A stretch of 64,000 nucleotides of DNA, from positions 75,528 through 139,527 of the forward strand of contig JAHFKN010000001.1 in the NCBI GenBank assembly GCA_023245355.1, in the 5' to 3' direction. This DNA comes from Candidatus Gottesmanbacteria bacterium. GTDB taxonomy: Bacteria; Patescibacteriota; Microgenomatia; UBA10105; UBA927. A model generated the notes under the pieces. That model searched no databases, was not told the origin of the DNA, and saw only the letters and a list, made by a program, of their open reading frames with translations. The stretch's first letter is position 1. Every line of letters begins with the position of its first letter. The position numbers were made by a program, and so were the translations under genes. Shown in pieces: positions 9,414 through 18,752 of the stretch.

Positions 9414-9896
9414 TTAATTTTTAAGATCCAATTCGATATCCAGAATAGGAGGCACCAGGGACGGATCCTGCAACGCGAACGTATTGAGGATTGCGGAAAA
9501 CGAGGCAATATCCTGGCTAAAACTTATGAATGCACTGGTTGTCGATATCCGTGACAAGTTGGGTTGTGGTGTAGGCGACGGCAGAATTGTCGGGGTAATC
9601 GCGGCCGGCTGTTCTACAGGGGCAGGGGCGCTGCTCCGGAGATACAGGTAGCCGAAAAGAAAGATCCCCAATGTCAGAATGGCAATGATCAGTATCATGA
9701 TATTTTTGTTTCCGATTGGATTAGCTGCTTTCTTAGGCGGCACCGGAGGCATAGGCGGTATCCCCGGGATAACCGGCGCGGTATCCGGGAGAGCTGTAAC
9801 AGGAGCAGCCGCGGCTGGCTGAGACTGTGCCGCCTGAGCTTCAGCCAGTGTCACCGGAGTTTTGGGATAGATAGGTGTTGTGTTTTCCATAATCAT
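9414..9896 (-). CDS. Pro-rich single-pass membrane protein
   Basis: 160-aa ORF with central TM helix. Confidence 0.65.
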   Translation of the reverse strand: MIMENTTPIYPKTPVTLAEAQAAQSQPAAAAPVTALPDTAPVIPGIPPMPPVPPKKAANPIGNKNIMILIIAILTLGIFLFGYLYLRSSAPAPVEQPAAITPTILPSPTPQPNLSRISTTSAFISFSQDIASFSAILNTFALQDPSLVPPILDIELDLKN

Positions 9897-10697
9897 TTAC
9901 TCGTACCTTAACGCCGTTTCCAGCTCCTTAAGATACGACGATGCTTCAACCAGGTCTTGACGTGCTGCTCCGAAATTTATCTGCATCTGCTGGAACAGAC
10001 GGTCCTGCTGCATGACGTCGCCGCTAATTTTGGGAATACCGGAGCGAATCGTATTGGCTTTCTGCTGGTAAAGGCTGTATTTGTTGGAGAGTGTCAGTAA
10101 CCACCGGTCCAATACCGCCTGTTTTTCCGGTGTCGCGTCAACTCTGGCAGCATTTATCAGTGCCTGGGATTTGATGGCGAGTTCGTTAAAACGCTTGGCA
10201 AAATAATTGAGATACCCGAGCTCTATGCCTGCCACAGTTTGTCGGTACGCCGACTGCATGGTTTCATAATTATTTACGAATTGTTCCGATACGCGGCTGG
10301 CATCATCCAGTGATGCGATAGACGGAGCCAGTACCATGTTCTGGTCCAGATATCCCACCTGATTGGTGATGATGGTGCGGTATATGCCTAACTCATTGGA
10401 AATAAGTCCCGGGTTTTCCGTCAGCTTTTCGTTGAGGAACAGGAAATATGATTTGCCCGCGCTGGATCGCTGCGCGATAAGAAGTTTTACCTTATCAAGT
10501 GCGTCCTGCTGGCTTGCAAGCGAATTGAATTGCTTATACTGCGTCATGGCTATCTGGAAATCAGCAAGCCGCTGACGGTACAGATCAAACTGAAACTGAT
10601 AGTCCTGATACGCTTGTTGTGATGATGCGTTTGCCTGTGACAGCGGGGCTGCGATGAAACAGAAAACCAGGAGAAAAACGGACAGTAACTTCTTCAC
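9897..10697 (-). CDS. Secreted alpha-helical hypothetical protein
   Basis: 266 aa, signal peptide, GTG start 6 nt after TACGAT. Confidence 0.7.
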   Translation of the reverse strand: MKKLLSVFLLVFCFIAAPLSQANASSQQAYQDYQFQFDLYRQRLADFQIAMTQYKQFNSLASQQDALDKVKLLIAQRSSAGKSYFLFLNEKLTENPGLISNELGIYRTIITNQVGYLDQNMVLAPSIASLDDASRVSEQFVNNYETMQSAYRQTVAGIELGYLNYFAKRFNELAIKSQALINAARVDATPEKQAVLDRWLLTLSNKYSLYQQKANTIRSGIPKISGDVMQQDRLFQQMQINFGAARQDLVEASSYLKELETALRYE

Positions 10698-10736
10698 CTG
10701 ATTATCGTATCATTGGTGTGTTTCGGGGGCAATGGG

Positions 10737-10799
10737 TGCCGCTGAGAGGACTTGAACCTCTAAGCCTTACGGCATCCCGATCTGATCGGGACGTGTCTG
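10737..10799 (-). pseudogene. 5'-truncated tRNA-Leu-like fragment with palindromic anticodon arm
   Basis: CAGACAC G TCCCGATCAGATCGGGA TGCCGTAAGGCT TAGAGG TTCAAGT CCTCT CAGCGGC A; 10743-10774 identical to 40826-40857. Confidence 0.8.
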
Positions 10800-10804
10800 T
10801 CGTG

Positions 10805-10886
10805 TGCTCCCGAGAGGAATCGAACCTCTAAGGGTTACCCCATACGCTCCTAAAGCGTACGCGTCTGCCAATTTCGCCACGGGAGC
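10805..10886 (-). tRNA. tRNA-Leu(TAG)
   Basis: GCTCCCG/CGGGAGC acceptor, TACGC-TTTAGGA-GCGTA, long variable arm. Confidence 0.95.
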
Positions 10887-10927
10887 CCTTTATAAATTAA
10901 TGAGGGCAATGGGTATTATACCCCGCT

Positions 10928-11476
10928 TTAGATGGTGACATCTAGGTGTTCCACACGGTTCGGTTCAAAGGCTTCTATTTTCTGAAGAAAGAACCGTACT
11001 TTCGTACTCCACGTAGGAGAGGCTGCATAGATGCGGCCCATTTGTTCGACAGACGTTGCACCGCGGTCTACATAGCGGTATTTGAGTCCTTCAGAAACTT
11101 TCGTGATACCGTCGTTCCAATCTTTAAAATGGATACCATCAGACTGTCCGGTAAACACGCCCCATCCCCACCCGTTATATGAGTTGGCGGGTATATGTTT
11201 TCCGAAAGTAGACTCCACTCCTGCAATGGCTGCAACGAGCTTCCAGTCCAGGCCAAGCCTGTCAGCCTCGGCCACAAAATGGCTGGCAGATTCCGACATG
11301 GGTGAGCCATGTGTTTCAAGAAATTTCTTAAGGTGGGTAACACGCTGATCCTCTGCTTTGACGACCGCGTTCGGCGTGGCAGAGGCCTCTGAAATCAGAG
11401 GTGCGGCAGCCATGACCGGACCGGCCGATATGGCATAGATAATGAAGCTGATTGCTATAGGTATAATATGTTTCAT
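10928..11476 (-). CDS. Secreted lysozyme-fold/glucosaminidase-like cell-wall hydrolase
   Basis: Signal peptide; AD..GLDWKLVAAIAGVESTFGK...NGWGWG motif. Confidence 0.7.
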   Translation of the reverse strand: MKHIIPIAISFIIYAISAGPVMAAAPLISEASATPNAVVKAEDQRVTHLKKFLETHGSPMSESASHFVAEADRLGLDWKLVAAIAGVESTFGKHIPANSYNGWGWGVFTGQSDGIHFKDWNDGITKVSEGLKYRYVDRGATSVEQMGRIYAASPTWSTKVRFFLQKIEAFEPNRVEHLDVTI

Positions 11477-11717
11477 ATTCTTGCCTCACATCAGTCCCCC
11501 GACCATATCGAGGAAACAAGGTGAGAAAAGAGATTATTCTGGCCTCATCTGTGGGTGAGGCTCACGGGGCTGAAACTGAAGCTAAATTGAGTCTGGTTAA
11601 CGGATACTCAAGGGGCAGTCTTGAGTAGCCATTAATAACCCTAAAGCAAGCTATGGTTTAGGTAGCAAACCTTAGGATCTAACTGGGAAGTATAGCCTAT
11701 AATAACTGGCTTGTCAA
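11477..11717 (-). promoter_or_regulatory. Promoter plus ~205-nt structured 5' leader
   Basis: TTGACA(11712-17)-N17-TATACT(11689-94); hairpins at 11640-11662, 11597-11635, 11542-11561. Confidence 0.65.
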
Positions 11718-11796
11718 GTCCTATGGGATATTATGGATATTGAGTGGATAACGTCAATACGGGGTTATATACACTATTATAGCTCGCTATGGGTTA

Positions 11797-12390
11797 TTAT
11801 TGAATCTCCTCCATAAATTGACCTACGCAATTAGCCCATGAATTTCCGTTTGCTACTGAGGGAGGTGCGTATATTGCGCCGATATCGACAAGATCCGTAA
11901 TGCCGCGGGCAAAATACTTTTCCTTAAGATAGCGGGATACCCAGTCGATTGCGTACAGCCAGTTGGGAAATTTAGCTCCGCTTATCTCCCCTGTTTCGAC
12001 GCTTATACCCCATGCATTATGTGAGTCTTTGCTTGGCATCCGTTTCCCGACATTGCTTTCACACATTGCTATCGCAGGAACCAAACGGTAGTCGATCCCG
12101 TAATACTGCGCCCGGTCCAGGATATAGTCTGCGTATTCAAGGAGCGGTGACTGATGAAGTTTGAGGAATCTCATAAGCAGCAATGCGCGTGCATCGCCGG
12201 CCGTAACCGTAGCCCCCAAAACCTGTTCGGTGCCGTAAGAGGTCGCGGCAATTTTAAGCGGCGGCAGTTGTGTAAGCGGTTGGTTCGCATGTGCCTTGTT
12301 GGTAAGCGAAATCAGTAAGGAAAGATTTATCGTGAGAAGGCATAACGTGAGTGGAAACCAGCACAACGCTATGAGGAGTTTTCGAGTCAT
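11797..12390 (-). CDS. Membrane-anchored paralog of the lysozyme-fold hydrolase
   Basis: GIDYRLVPAIAMCESNVGK...NAWG aligns with 10928-11476 product. Confidence 0.7.
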   Translation of the reverse strand: MTRKLLIALCWFPLTLCLLTINLSLLISLTNKAHANQPLTQLPPLKIAATSYGTEQVLGATVTAGDARALLLMRFLKLHQSPLLEYADYILDRAQYYGIDYRLVPAIAMCESNVGKRMPSKDSHNAWGISVETGEISGAKFPNWLYAIDWVSRYLKEKYFARGITDLVDIGAIYAPPSVANGNSWANCVGQFMEEIQ

Positions 12391-12437
12391 ATATGTATAC
12401 TGACAGGTAGTATGCGGGCTGTCAAATGAGCCTTAAG

Positions 12438-13172
12438 TTATACACGGAAGAACGTGCCGACTATATACGCGACCGATGCGGAGACTCCGCCGACAAGCAG
12501 CGTTTCGAGGATACCCCGCAGCGGTTTTTGCCTGGAAATCGCAGCGCGAAGCAGCCCTAAAAGGAGGAGAGCGAGTGCGGTAAATATGACGGAAATGGAA
12601 AAATCACTGTTGCCCATCCGGAGTATAAACGGGATCAGCGGAATACATCCGAAAAATACAAATGAGATGAATGTGTACACGGCAACCTGCACCGGGTTTT
12701 CACCTTCCGGGTTTGTCATTTCCAGTTCGTCTTTCATCATAAACTCCGTCCAATAATGCGGATTGCGGCGGTAGATAGCAGCAAGTGTCGTAGCATCTTT
12801 TTGGGAGAACTGTTTACGTTTAAGGATCTCGATTGTTTCATGGTATTCGCTCTCCGGAGAATGAAGAATTTCATGATGTTCTTTGGATTTTTCGCCTTTG
12901 TATATGTCCTGATCCGCACGCAGCGACAGGAAACTTCCGAGCGACATCGAAAATCCGTCCGCAAAAAGATTCGCGAGTCCGAATAATAAAACGGAAACAA
13001 CCGGGACTGCGCCGGAGGTCAGATCCTTTTGTGCACCTGCAAAGCCGGCTACGACGGCGAATGTGGTGACGATTCCGTCATTACCGCCGTATACGATTTC
13101 CCGAAGATACTGGGAGAACGCGGTGCGCTTGTGCTCCAGACGTAAGTGTTCTTCCAAATTAAATTTCACCAT
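12438..13172 (-). CDS. VIT1/CCC1 family Fe/Mn transporter
   Basis: LREIVYGGNDGIVTTFAVVAG, ANLFADGFSM, MMKDEL motifs. Confidence 0.9.
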   Translation of the reverse strand: MVKFNLEEHLRLEHKRTAFSQYLREIVYGGNDGIVTTFAVVAGFAGAQKDLTSGAVPVVSVLLFGLANLFADGFSMSLGSFLSLRADQDIYKGEKSKEHHEILHSPESEYHETIEILKRKQFSQKDATTLAAIYRRNPHYWTEFMMKDELEMTNPEGENPVQVAVYTFISFVFFGCIPLIPFILRMGNSDFSISVIFTALALLLLGLLRAAISRQKPLRGILETLLVGGVSASVAYIVGTFFRV

Positions 13173-13179
13173 ATATGTG

Positions 13180-13252
13180 TGAGCGCAGGAGGAATCGAAC
13201 CTCCAACCGACTCCTTAAGAGGGAGTTGCTCTGCCAATTGAGCTATGCGCCC
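13180..13252 (-). tRNA. tRNA-Lys(CTT)
   Basis: ACTCC-CTCTTAA-GGAGT, complete cloverleaf. Confidence 0.95.
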
Positions 13253-13267
13253 TATTTATTGTCCTTG

Positions 13268-13339
13268 CGCCCTTGGAGGGAATCGAACCCCCATCACCTG
13301 TTCCGAAGACAGGCACTTTATCCATTAAGCTACAAGGGC
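13268..13339 (-). tRNA. tRNA-Arg(TCG)
   Basis: CCTGT-CTTCGGA-ACAGG, complete cloverleaf. Confidence 0.95.
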
Positions 13340-13342
13340 AAG

Positions 13343-13421
13343 TGGGGTGGCTGAGCGGATTCGAACCGCCGACATTCTGCTCCACAGGCAGACGCTCTAA
13401 CCAGGCTGAGCTACAGCCACC
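13343..13421 (-). tRNA. tRNA-His(GTG)
   Basis: TCTGC-CTGTGGA-GCAGA, encoded G-1 and CCA. Confidence 0.95.
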
Positions 13422-13485
13422 AACGTATGATATTGTACCTTATTTATAGCGTATTTGCATTCAGCGGCGGTCAGAGCGACAGGTG

Positions 13486-15201
13486 TTACGGGCTGACAAA
13501 AAGAGAGGCGATGAAGTTCGGTTGTAATTTGATAAGCGCGAACAAGTCCCCCGTTGTAAGTGCTCCGTCCTGATCGAAATCTAAAGGAAAAAGCCTGGGC
13601 ATGACAACGTGCGTTGTGTCTGCGGCAAGCGGAACAATGAGTTGCCGTGGCAGATAATACGGCACAAGCACGACCACACGGTAGTTATTTCCGGGTACGA
13701 CATTACGCAAATCCCCTATGGTTGCTTTACCGTTTACCACCTGCACGCCGGGTATCTTATGAATAAGCGCGTTGTGATCGTACACGAGAACCGTCGCATT
13801 TGACGTCACATTATCTTTGCGCCATCCCAACTGTACGGTGATGCTGACTGACGGCGGAGGAACTAACGTAAGCGTGCCCGCTTCCAGCATAATAGATCTG
13901 CCGAAATGCCGGAGGTTTATTTCATACGGATATTCTCCGGGAGTATTTGGTGTTTCCATGTGAAGCGCAAGTGTGCCGTATTGGCCGGGTTCCATCACCG
14001 GAAGGGGTTCCCGTACGGTTACAAATTTAGGTGTCGTTACCAGTTCCACCGTGTACGCGCCTCCCTGTTCTGACAGTATGCCCTGCCCTTCGTTTTTGAG
14101 AAGCGCGGACAGTACATAGGTAGAGCCGGCGACAAGGGATTTCGGCAGTAGCGGATGTTCCAGGGAATATTTTTCCCGCTGGAACGGCTGGCCCTCAAAT
14201 TTGCCGATTTGCTGGTACATCGCATAGTGCGGGTAGTAATCGGAGCTGCCTAACTTTTTCCAGGAAAAGTGATCAAACGGCAATCCCTGGTAATTTAATA
14301 CAAACGGGGTGACCGCGACGACACCGGGATCGTTCCAGATTTGGGCGGCTGCTATCGCCATGTTGAATCCGACCTGGACCGAAGAAAGCAGCCCGGTATT
14401 TTGCTGCACGCCTTCACTATGAACCCATCCGGTTTCCGTGATGAATACAGGTAGGCTTTTTTTAAGTCCCAACTGCCGCAAATAGTCACGTTCCCAGAGG
14501 AAGCTGCGGAGCGTGCCGCGGCCAATAGCGCCGACGGATCCGGAAAATGCAGGATTCGGATATGAATGGGACGTCCAGCCGTCCAGGGATTCGAACAGGG
14601 AAGGTTCTGCTTTCAGCATGCGGGATAGATACTGAGCCGCATCCAGAGACTTGCCGTCGGAAGCGGCCGATACGTCCAGGCCGGCCGGCAGGATAAAAAA
14701 ATCTTCCGATGTTTTTTTGAGCTCACTGGCATAGGAAACGAGGGTATGTGCATAGTCCTCGGGATCCAGCGTTCTTCCCCACTCGTTTGCATGGTTCGGC
14801 TCGTTATAGATGATGACATATCTGTTCTCAATCGGCCAATTGAGGGCATTGAGGAATCTCGCCCAGTCGGATGCCGAATCTTTATACGGCTTTGTCCATG
14901 CGTCGCCGTCGATGTGGGTTGCCAGACGCACAACCGGAATAAGATGAAATGCCCGCATTTCGTTGAATATCCGCTGCCATTTCCCTGCATCCCTGTCATC
15001 GTCCTGCATGACAAGCGTGACGTATCCCCAATCGCCTTTTGTGCTGTTTACGAGTTTTGCCGCATCCGACAGATCATTCGGGTCAACAATGTGGATTCCG
15101 AATTTGTTATTGGGTACCGTAAGCGGATCATATTTGGCTGATGCCTGGCTGACGAACAGAAAAAATACGATAGCGAGACTAATGAATCTGATGCTCTTCA
15201 T
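13486..15201 (-). CDS. Secreted clan GH-A-like glycoside hydrolase with C-terminal Ig-like and dockerin-like segments
   Basis: NEPN acid/base, SHSYP, ITETGW nucleophile motifs; DFDQDGALTTGDL. Confidence 0.7.
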   Translation of the reverse strand: MKSIRFISLAIVFFLFVSQASAKYDPLTVPNNKFGIHIVDPNDLSDAAKLVNSTKGDWGYVTLVMQDDDRDAGKWQRIFNEMRAFHLIPVVRLATHIDGDAWTKPYKDSASDWARFLNALNWPIENRYVIIYNEPNHANEWGRTLDPEDYAHTLVSYASELKKTSEDFFILPAGLDVSAASDGKSLDAAQYLSRMLKAEPSLFESLDGWTSHSYPNPAFSGSVGAIGRGTLRSFLWERDYLRQLGLKKSLPVFITETGWVHSEGVQQNTGLLSSVQVGFNMAIAAAQIWNDPGVVAVTPFVLNYQGLPFDHFSWKKLGSSDYYPHYAMYQQIGKFEGQPFQREKYSLEHPLLPKSLVAGSTYVLSALLKNEGQGILSEQGGAYTVELVTTPKFVTVREPLPVMEPGQYGTLALHMETPNTPGEYPYEINLRHFGRSIMLEAGTLTLVPPPSVSITVQLGWRKDNVTSNATVLVYDHNALIHKIPGVQVVNGKATIGDLRNVVPGNNYRVVVLVPYYLPRQLIVPLAADTTHVVMPRLFPLDFDQDGALTTGDLFALIKLQPNFIASLFVSP

Positions 15202-15236
15202 GTGGAAGAAAATGGTATATGTCTTTATCCTTTTTG

Positions 15237-15309
15237 CGCCCCAGGAGGGAATCGAACCCCCAACCTTATCGTTAGAACCGATCTGCTCTGTCCGTTGAGC
15301 TACTGGGGC
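15237..15309 (-). tRNA. tRNA-Arg(TCT)
   Basis: GCCCCAG/CTGGGGC, loop GTTCTAA. Confidence 0.9.
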
Positions 15310-15351
15310 ATCAACGTGATCCTAGGGGATATTGTACCAAAGCCGGGCGGT

Positions 15352-17061
15352 CTAATGAAGTTCTGCCCGCCGGTCCTTAAGATATTGACTCCAGTTTTCG
15401 ATAAAGTCGAAGACGACGACCATGGGAGTTTCGATAAGAAATGTAAAAAGAATTGCGATAATGTTGTACTCTTTCCATTTTGCAGCCAGGATTGCGCCGA
15501 CTCTGGCAATCGGAACGGAAAGCATATCGAGGAAAAATTCCCATACGGGAGTTTTGTCGTCTACGGATAATTCCTTGGATTTGTTGCGGATGCCGACCGC
15601 CGCAAAGAACGTCAGCGCTATCGTAAACGTATCAAAGACGACGGATGTGATCGGTAATTTGGCAATATAAAATACGTATCCGACTCCGCCCAACACGCCG
15701 AACATCATGACCAGATACAGAACGCCGACGATAAGTTTGAACATGGGGTTCCTGCGTTGTACCAGATATACGTCATACAATTTTTTCTTCTCATCTGCAT
15801 AGACAGACTGATATACGGCTGTCAGCACGCGCTCCAGGTTTTCTGCCGGAGGAGGCCGGATAATGGATACGAGAGCAAACATGACGACGCTCGGCACGAC
15901 AAAATCAATAATCGTGGTAAAGAGGTTAAACCCTTCGTAGAAAAGACTGGCAAGCGGGATTTCCACGATAAAAAACGTTACCCAGTTGGATAAAAATACC
16001 GAGAGGGTGGAAAATATTGCCAGACGGAACAGTCTGCTTTTTAATGAGAGGTATCGTTTGTTATATGCCGTCGTGATTTCTTCCGACAATTTGGTTTTAT
16101 CAGAAAGAATTGCCTCTACCTTGAGCGGTGCTTCTTTGTGGAGATCAAGCACGTCTCCTAACAGCATATAGACCGTGTCGATACGCTCAGCAATCGTATA
16201 GAGCTGGCGGCTGACGGCGTGTTCCAGTACTTTGTCGCTGTGAATCCAGATGGACGGGATATCCGTCGCGAGTTTGTCTTTCAGTTCCTGCGAGGGGGTA
16301 AACCAGTCTGCATACGTGAACTTGAGAAGCTGCGCGATGATGAAACTGTCATCCAGATCAAACAGTGTGCGGCTGGCTGCGATAAATACGTTGGTGCGCT
16401 TTTCCTCGTCCGGTACGCTTCCTTCCGGCATGATGCGTATACGGCTGTTTAACGTCTGTGTCATGGCCTCAAGCAATACACGCTCTTTTACGGGGTTGGT
16501 AAGAATGTCTTCGATGTCTACAGCGGCCAGTTCGATGATGAAATACGTAAAGTTAATCTTGCGTTTAAGAGGGATAAGTTCCGTTGTCGGAAACTTCGCG
16601 TGCTTTAGTACATACAGGTATTTATCCAGTACGGCCTGTACCAGCTCGACGTGCTCCTGCGGTACTTCGTCATTTAACAGATGGCCGCCCCGTATGAGGT
16701 CTGCCGTCACGGAATAAGCGACGCGATAGCTGTCAATATCCGGCCGTGTGGTGACGCCCGTAAGTTTGGGAAATAATGTGCGTTTGAGGGAGCGTTCTAT
16801 GGCGCTCCTGCGCAACACATTGTCTTCTTTCCAATCGATAACTTTTCTGATCTGTTCATAAAATTTGGCGATATGGGAAGCGATTTCATCGACATGAATC
16901 GGGGTCATCGGTTTTTTACCTGACTGAATCCCCTCTGCGTATGCTGCGGCCAGATGTTGTATTTCCGGAATGAGCGGATGTAAATCCTCGACCGGCTCAT
17001 CATGAGCATCAGACGTGTGGTTTGATTGCGGTGCGTGTTCCTGGTTTGGTTCGGTAGACAT
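15352..17061 (-). CDS. Conserved hypothetical membrane protein
   Basis: 569 aa, soluble N-half (YEQIRKVIDWKEDNVLRRSAIER), several C-terminal TMs. Confidence 0.7.
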   Translation of the reverse strand: MSTEPNQEHAPQSNHTSDAHDEPVEDLHPLIPEIQHLAAAYAEGIQSGKKPMTPIHVDEIASHIAKFYEQIRKVIDWKEDNVLRRSAIERSLKRTLFPKLTGVTTRPDIDSYRVAYSVTADLIRGGHLLNDEVPQEHVELVQAVLDKYLYVLKHAKFPTTELIPLKRKINFTYFIIELAAVDIEDILTNPVKERVLLEAMTQTLNSRIRIMPEGSVPDEEKRTNVFIAASRTLFDLDDSFIIAQLLKFTYADWFTPSQELKDKLATDIPSIWIHSDKVLEHAVSRQLYTIAERIDTVYMLLGDVLDLHKEAPLKVEAILSDKTKLSEEITTAYNKRYLSLKSRLFRLAIFSTLSVFLSNWVTFFIVEIPLASLFYEGFNLFTTIIDFVVPSVVMFALVSIIRPPPAENLERVLTAVYQSVYADEKKKLYDVYLVQRRNPMFKLIVGVLYLVMMFGVLGGVGYVFYIAKLPITSVVFDTFTIALTFFAAVGIRNKSKELSVDDKTPVWEFFLDMLSVPIARVGAILAAKWKEYNIIAILFTFLIETPMVVVFDFIENWSQYLKDRRAELH

Positions 17062-17098
17062 ACATGATGCCGGAACTGTGCGGCCGGCTGACTACAAC

Positions 17099-17172
17099 TG
17101 GAGCGGATGAAGGGAATCGAACCCTCGTCACCAGTTTGGAAAACTGGCGCTCTACCATTGAGCTACACCCGC
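17099..17172 (-). tRNA. tRNA-Gly(TCC)
   Basis: CCAGT-TTTCCAA-ACTGG, encoded CCA. Confidence 0.95.
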
Positions 17173-17210
17173 CTCGCGTCGGCGAGCTCCTCGAGTCGAG
17201 GCGGGCCCGC
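17168..17210. repeat. GC-rich inverted repeat overlapping tRNA-Gly 5' end
   Basis: CCCGCCTCG(17168-76)...CGAGGCGGG(17197-205) followed by CCCGC. Confidence 0.75.
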
Positions 17211-17262
17211 AACAAACGACTGTATAATTATATCGTGTTTTTTCTATCAATGCGAACCTACA

Positions 17263-17718
17263 TCACCGGTCGATGAATTCGACCGCGTCGCCGATACGTA
17301 TTCCCGTGCGCTGTACCGTGCCCGCATTTACTTCCAGTACTTTGTTTATTTCAACCCCGGGCTTTACGATGATAGGAGATTCTGCTGCTTTCGGCGGAGG
17401 GACGTTTTCCGTAATATCCGCAATACGGTTCCCGTCAATCCATATGAAATCCAGGGGAATGAGCATGCCGCGCATCCAGAAATTGTATTGTTCCTTATGG
17501 TCATAGGGAAACAGCATGCCGTGCCCGTCCGCAAGTGTTTGGCGTCCACCCAACCCTTTTTGTTTCTGAGCTTCCGTTGCCGCCACTTCGACGGTGATGA
17601 CGGTACTGCCTATCCGCACTTTGGAAACCAGAGGATGGGACCGGTAATATACACCGAAACCGATAAGTACAAACGCAAGCGTGATGATATGCCAACGCTT
17701 CATAATCTTATTTATCAC
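17263..17718 (-). CDS. DUF192 family protein
   Basis: VEVA.T...GL..R..L....GMLF...FWM.GM.IPLD.IWI...VLEVNAG. Confidence 0.9.
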   Translation of the reverse strand: MINKIMKRWHIITLAFVLIGFGVYYRSHPLVSKVRIGSTVITVEVAATEAQKQKGLGGRQTLADGHGMLFPYDHKEQYNFWMRGMLIPLDFIWIDGNRIADITENVPPPKAAESPIIVKPGVEINKVLEVNAGTVQRTGIRIGDAVEFIDR

Positions 17719-18616
17719 GGGTCAGACAATACCGCACAAGGTGGGTTAACTCCTGTTTGTGCTGTGCTGTGATTGGGAGTAAATCAATCTCATGATCGCA
17801 ATGTTCCAGAAGTGAGGTTTTGAGGTCATTTAATTCTTCACTGTTTATGAGGGTCGCGAGCGTTTGTTTTGCGTTTTTCTCGTCACTGCCGGTTGGTTTA
17901 CCCGTAACAGCACTGTCCCCTGCAACACTGAGTTCGTCATCCCGTATTTGGAACAGTAACCCCATGGACTCGCCCAGGCGGTCGAAAAGCGCAATGGTTT
18001 CAGGGGGGGCTCCCGAAAGTGTAGCACCGACGGTCATGGACAATGAGAATGTATATCTGGCGGTTTTGTACCGGTACAGAGACAGGACCTCGTCTTTGGA
18101 CAGCGATTGGTTTCTTCCGCTTATCGCGTCCTGCATCTGAGCGACGATGACCGGTTGCAGTTCCCGCGAAACCAGGCCAAGCATATTCATATCCGCAAGC
18201 AGTTCCTGTGCCATGAAAAAACAAAGATCTCCGGTATTTATCGCCTGACTGATGCCTGTATGGAGATCATGGGTCATGCTGCGGTATTGCTCCCACATGC
18301 TCGGCCGGCCGCGGCGCAAATTGTCCCGGTCCATGATGTCGTCATGAATAAGGAATCCTGAGTGAAACAGCTCCAGTGCCGCTGCGGCATTATAAATATC
18401 CGGCGATTCCTTACTCTGAAATAAAGAATAAATATACACAGTCAGGCTTCCCCGTGTTGTTTTGCCGCTCGTGACAAACGACATCAGGCGGTCAATCACA
18501 TCCGCTCCCCAGGAATTTATTTGGGATAGTTTTGCTTTTTTTTGCGTAAGGAACGAAATCAGACGATCGTCGACATTTTGTTTATGGGAGAGAATGGCAT
18601 GTAAAGAGTCGTTCAT
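17708..18616 (-). CDS. Polyprenyl diphosphate synthase
   Basis: LIHDDIMDRDNLRRG, YKT, FQIRDDE motifs; start reset to ATG 18616 because the longer ORF runs through tRNA-Pro. Confidence 0.9.
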   Translation of the reverse strand: MNDSLHAILSHKQNVDDRLISFLTQKKAKLSQINSWGADVIDRLMSFVTSGKTTRGSLTVYIYSLFQSKESPDIYNAAAALELFHSGFLIHDDIMDRDNLRRGRPSMWEQYRSMTHDLHTGISQAINTGDLCFFMAQELLADMNMLGLVSRELQPVIVAQMQDAISGRNQSLSKDEVLSLYRYKTARYTFSLSMTVGATLSGAPPETIALFDRLGESMGLLFQIRDDELSVAGDSAVTGKPTGSDEKNAKQTLATLINSEELNDLKTSLLEHCDHEIDLLPITAQHKQELTHLVRYCLTRDK

Positions 18617-18656
18617 GGGATTATTGTATCGTATTCTGATAAAATAGGAACATAAT

Positions 18657-18733
18657 CGGGGTGTGGCGCAATTGGCTAGCGCGCATCGTTTGGGACGATG
18701 AGGCTGAGAGTTCGAGTCTCTCCACCCCGACCA
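18657..18733 (+). tRNA. tRNA-Pro(TGG)
   Basis: CGGGGTG/CACCCCG, CATCG-TTTGGGA-CGATG, CCA. Confidence 0.95.
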
Positions 18734-18752
18734 ACGTATTCTCCAACCTAAA

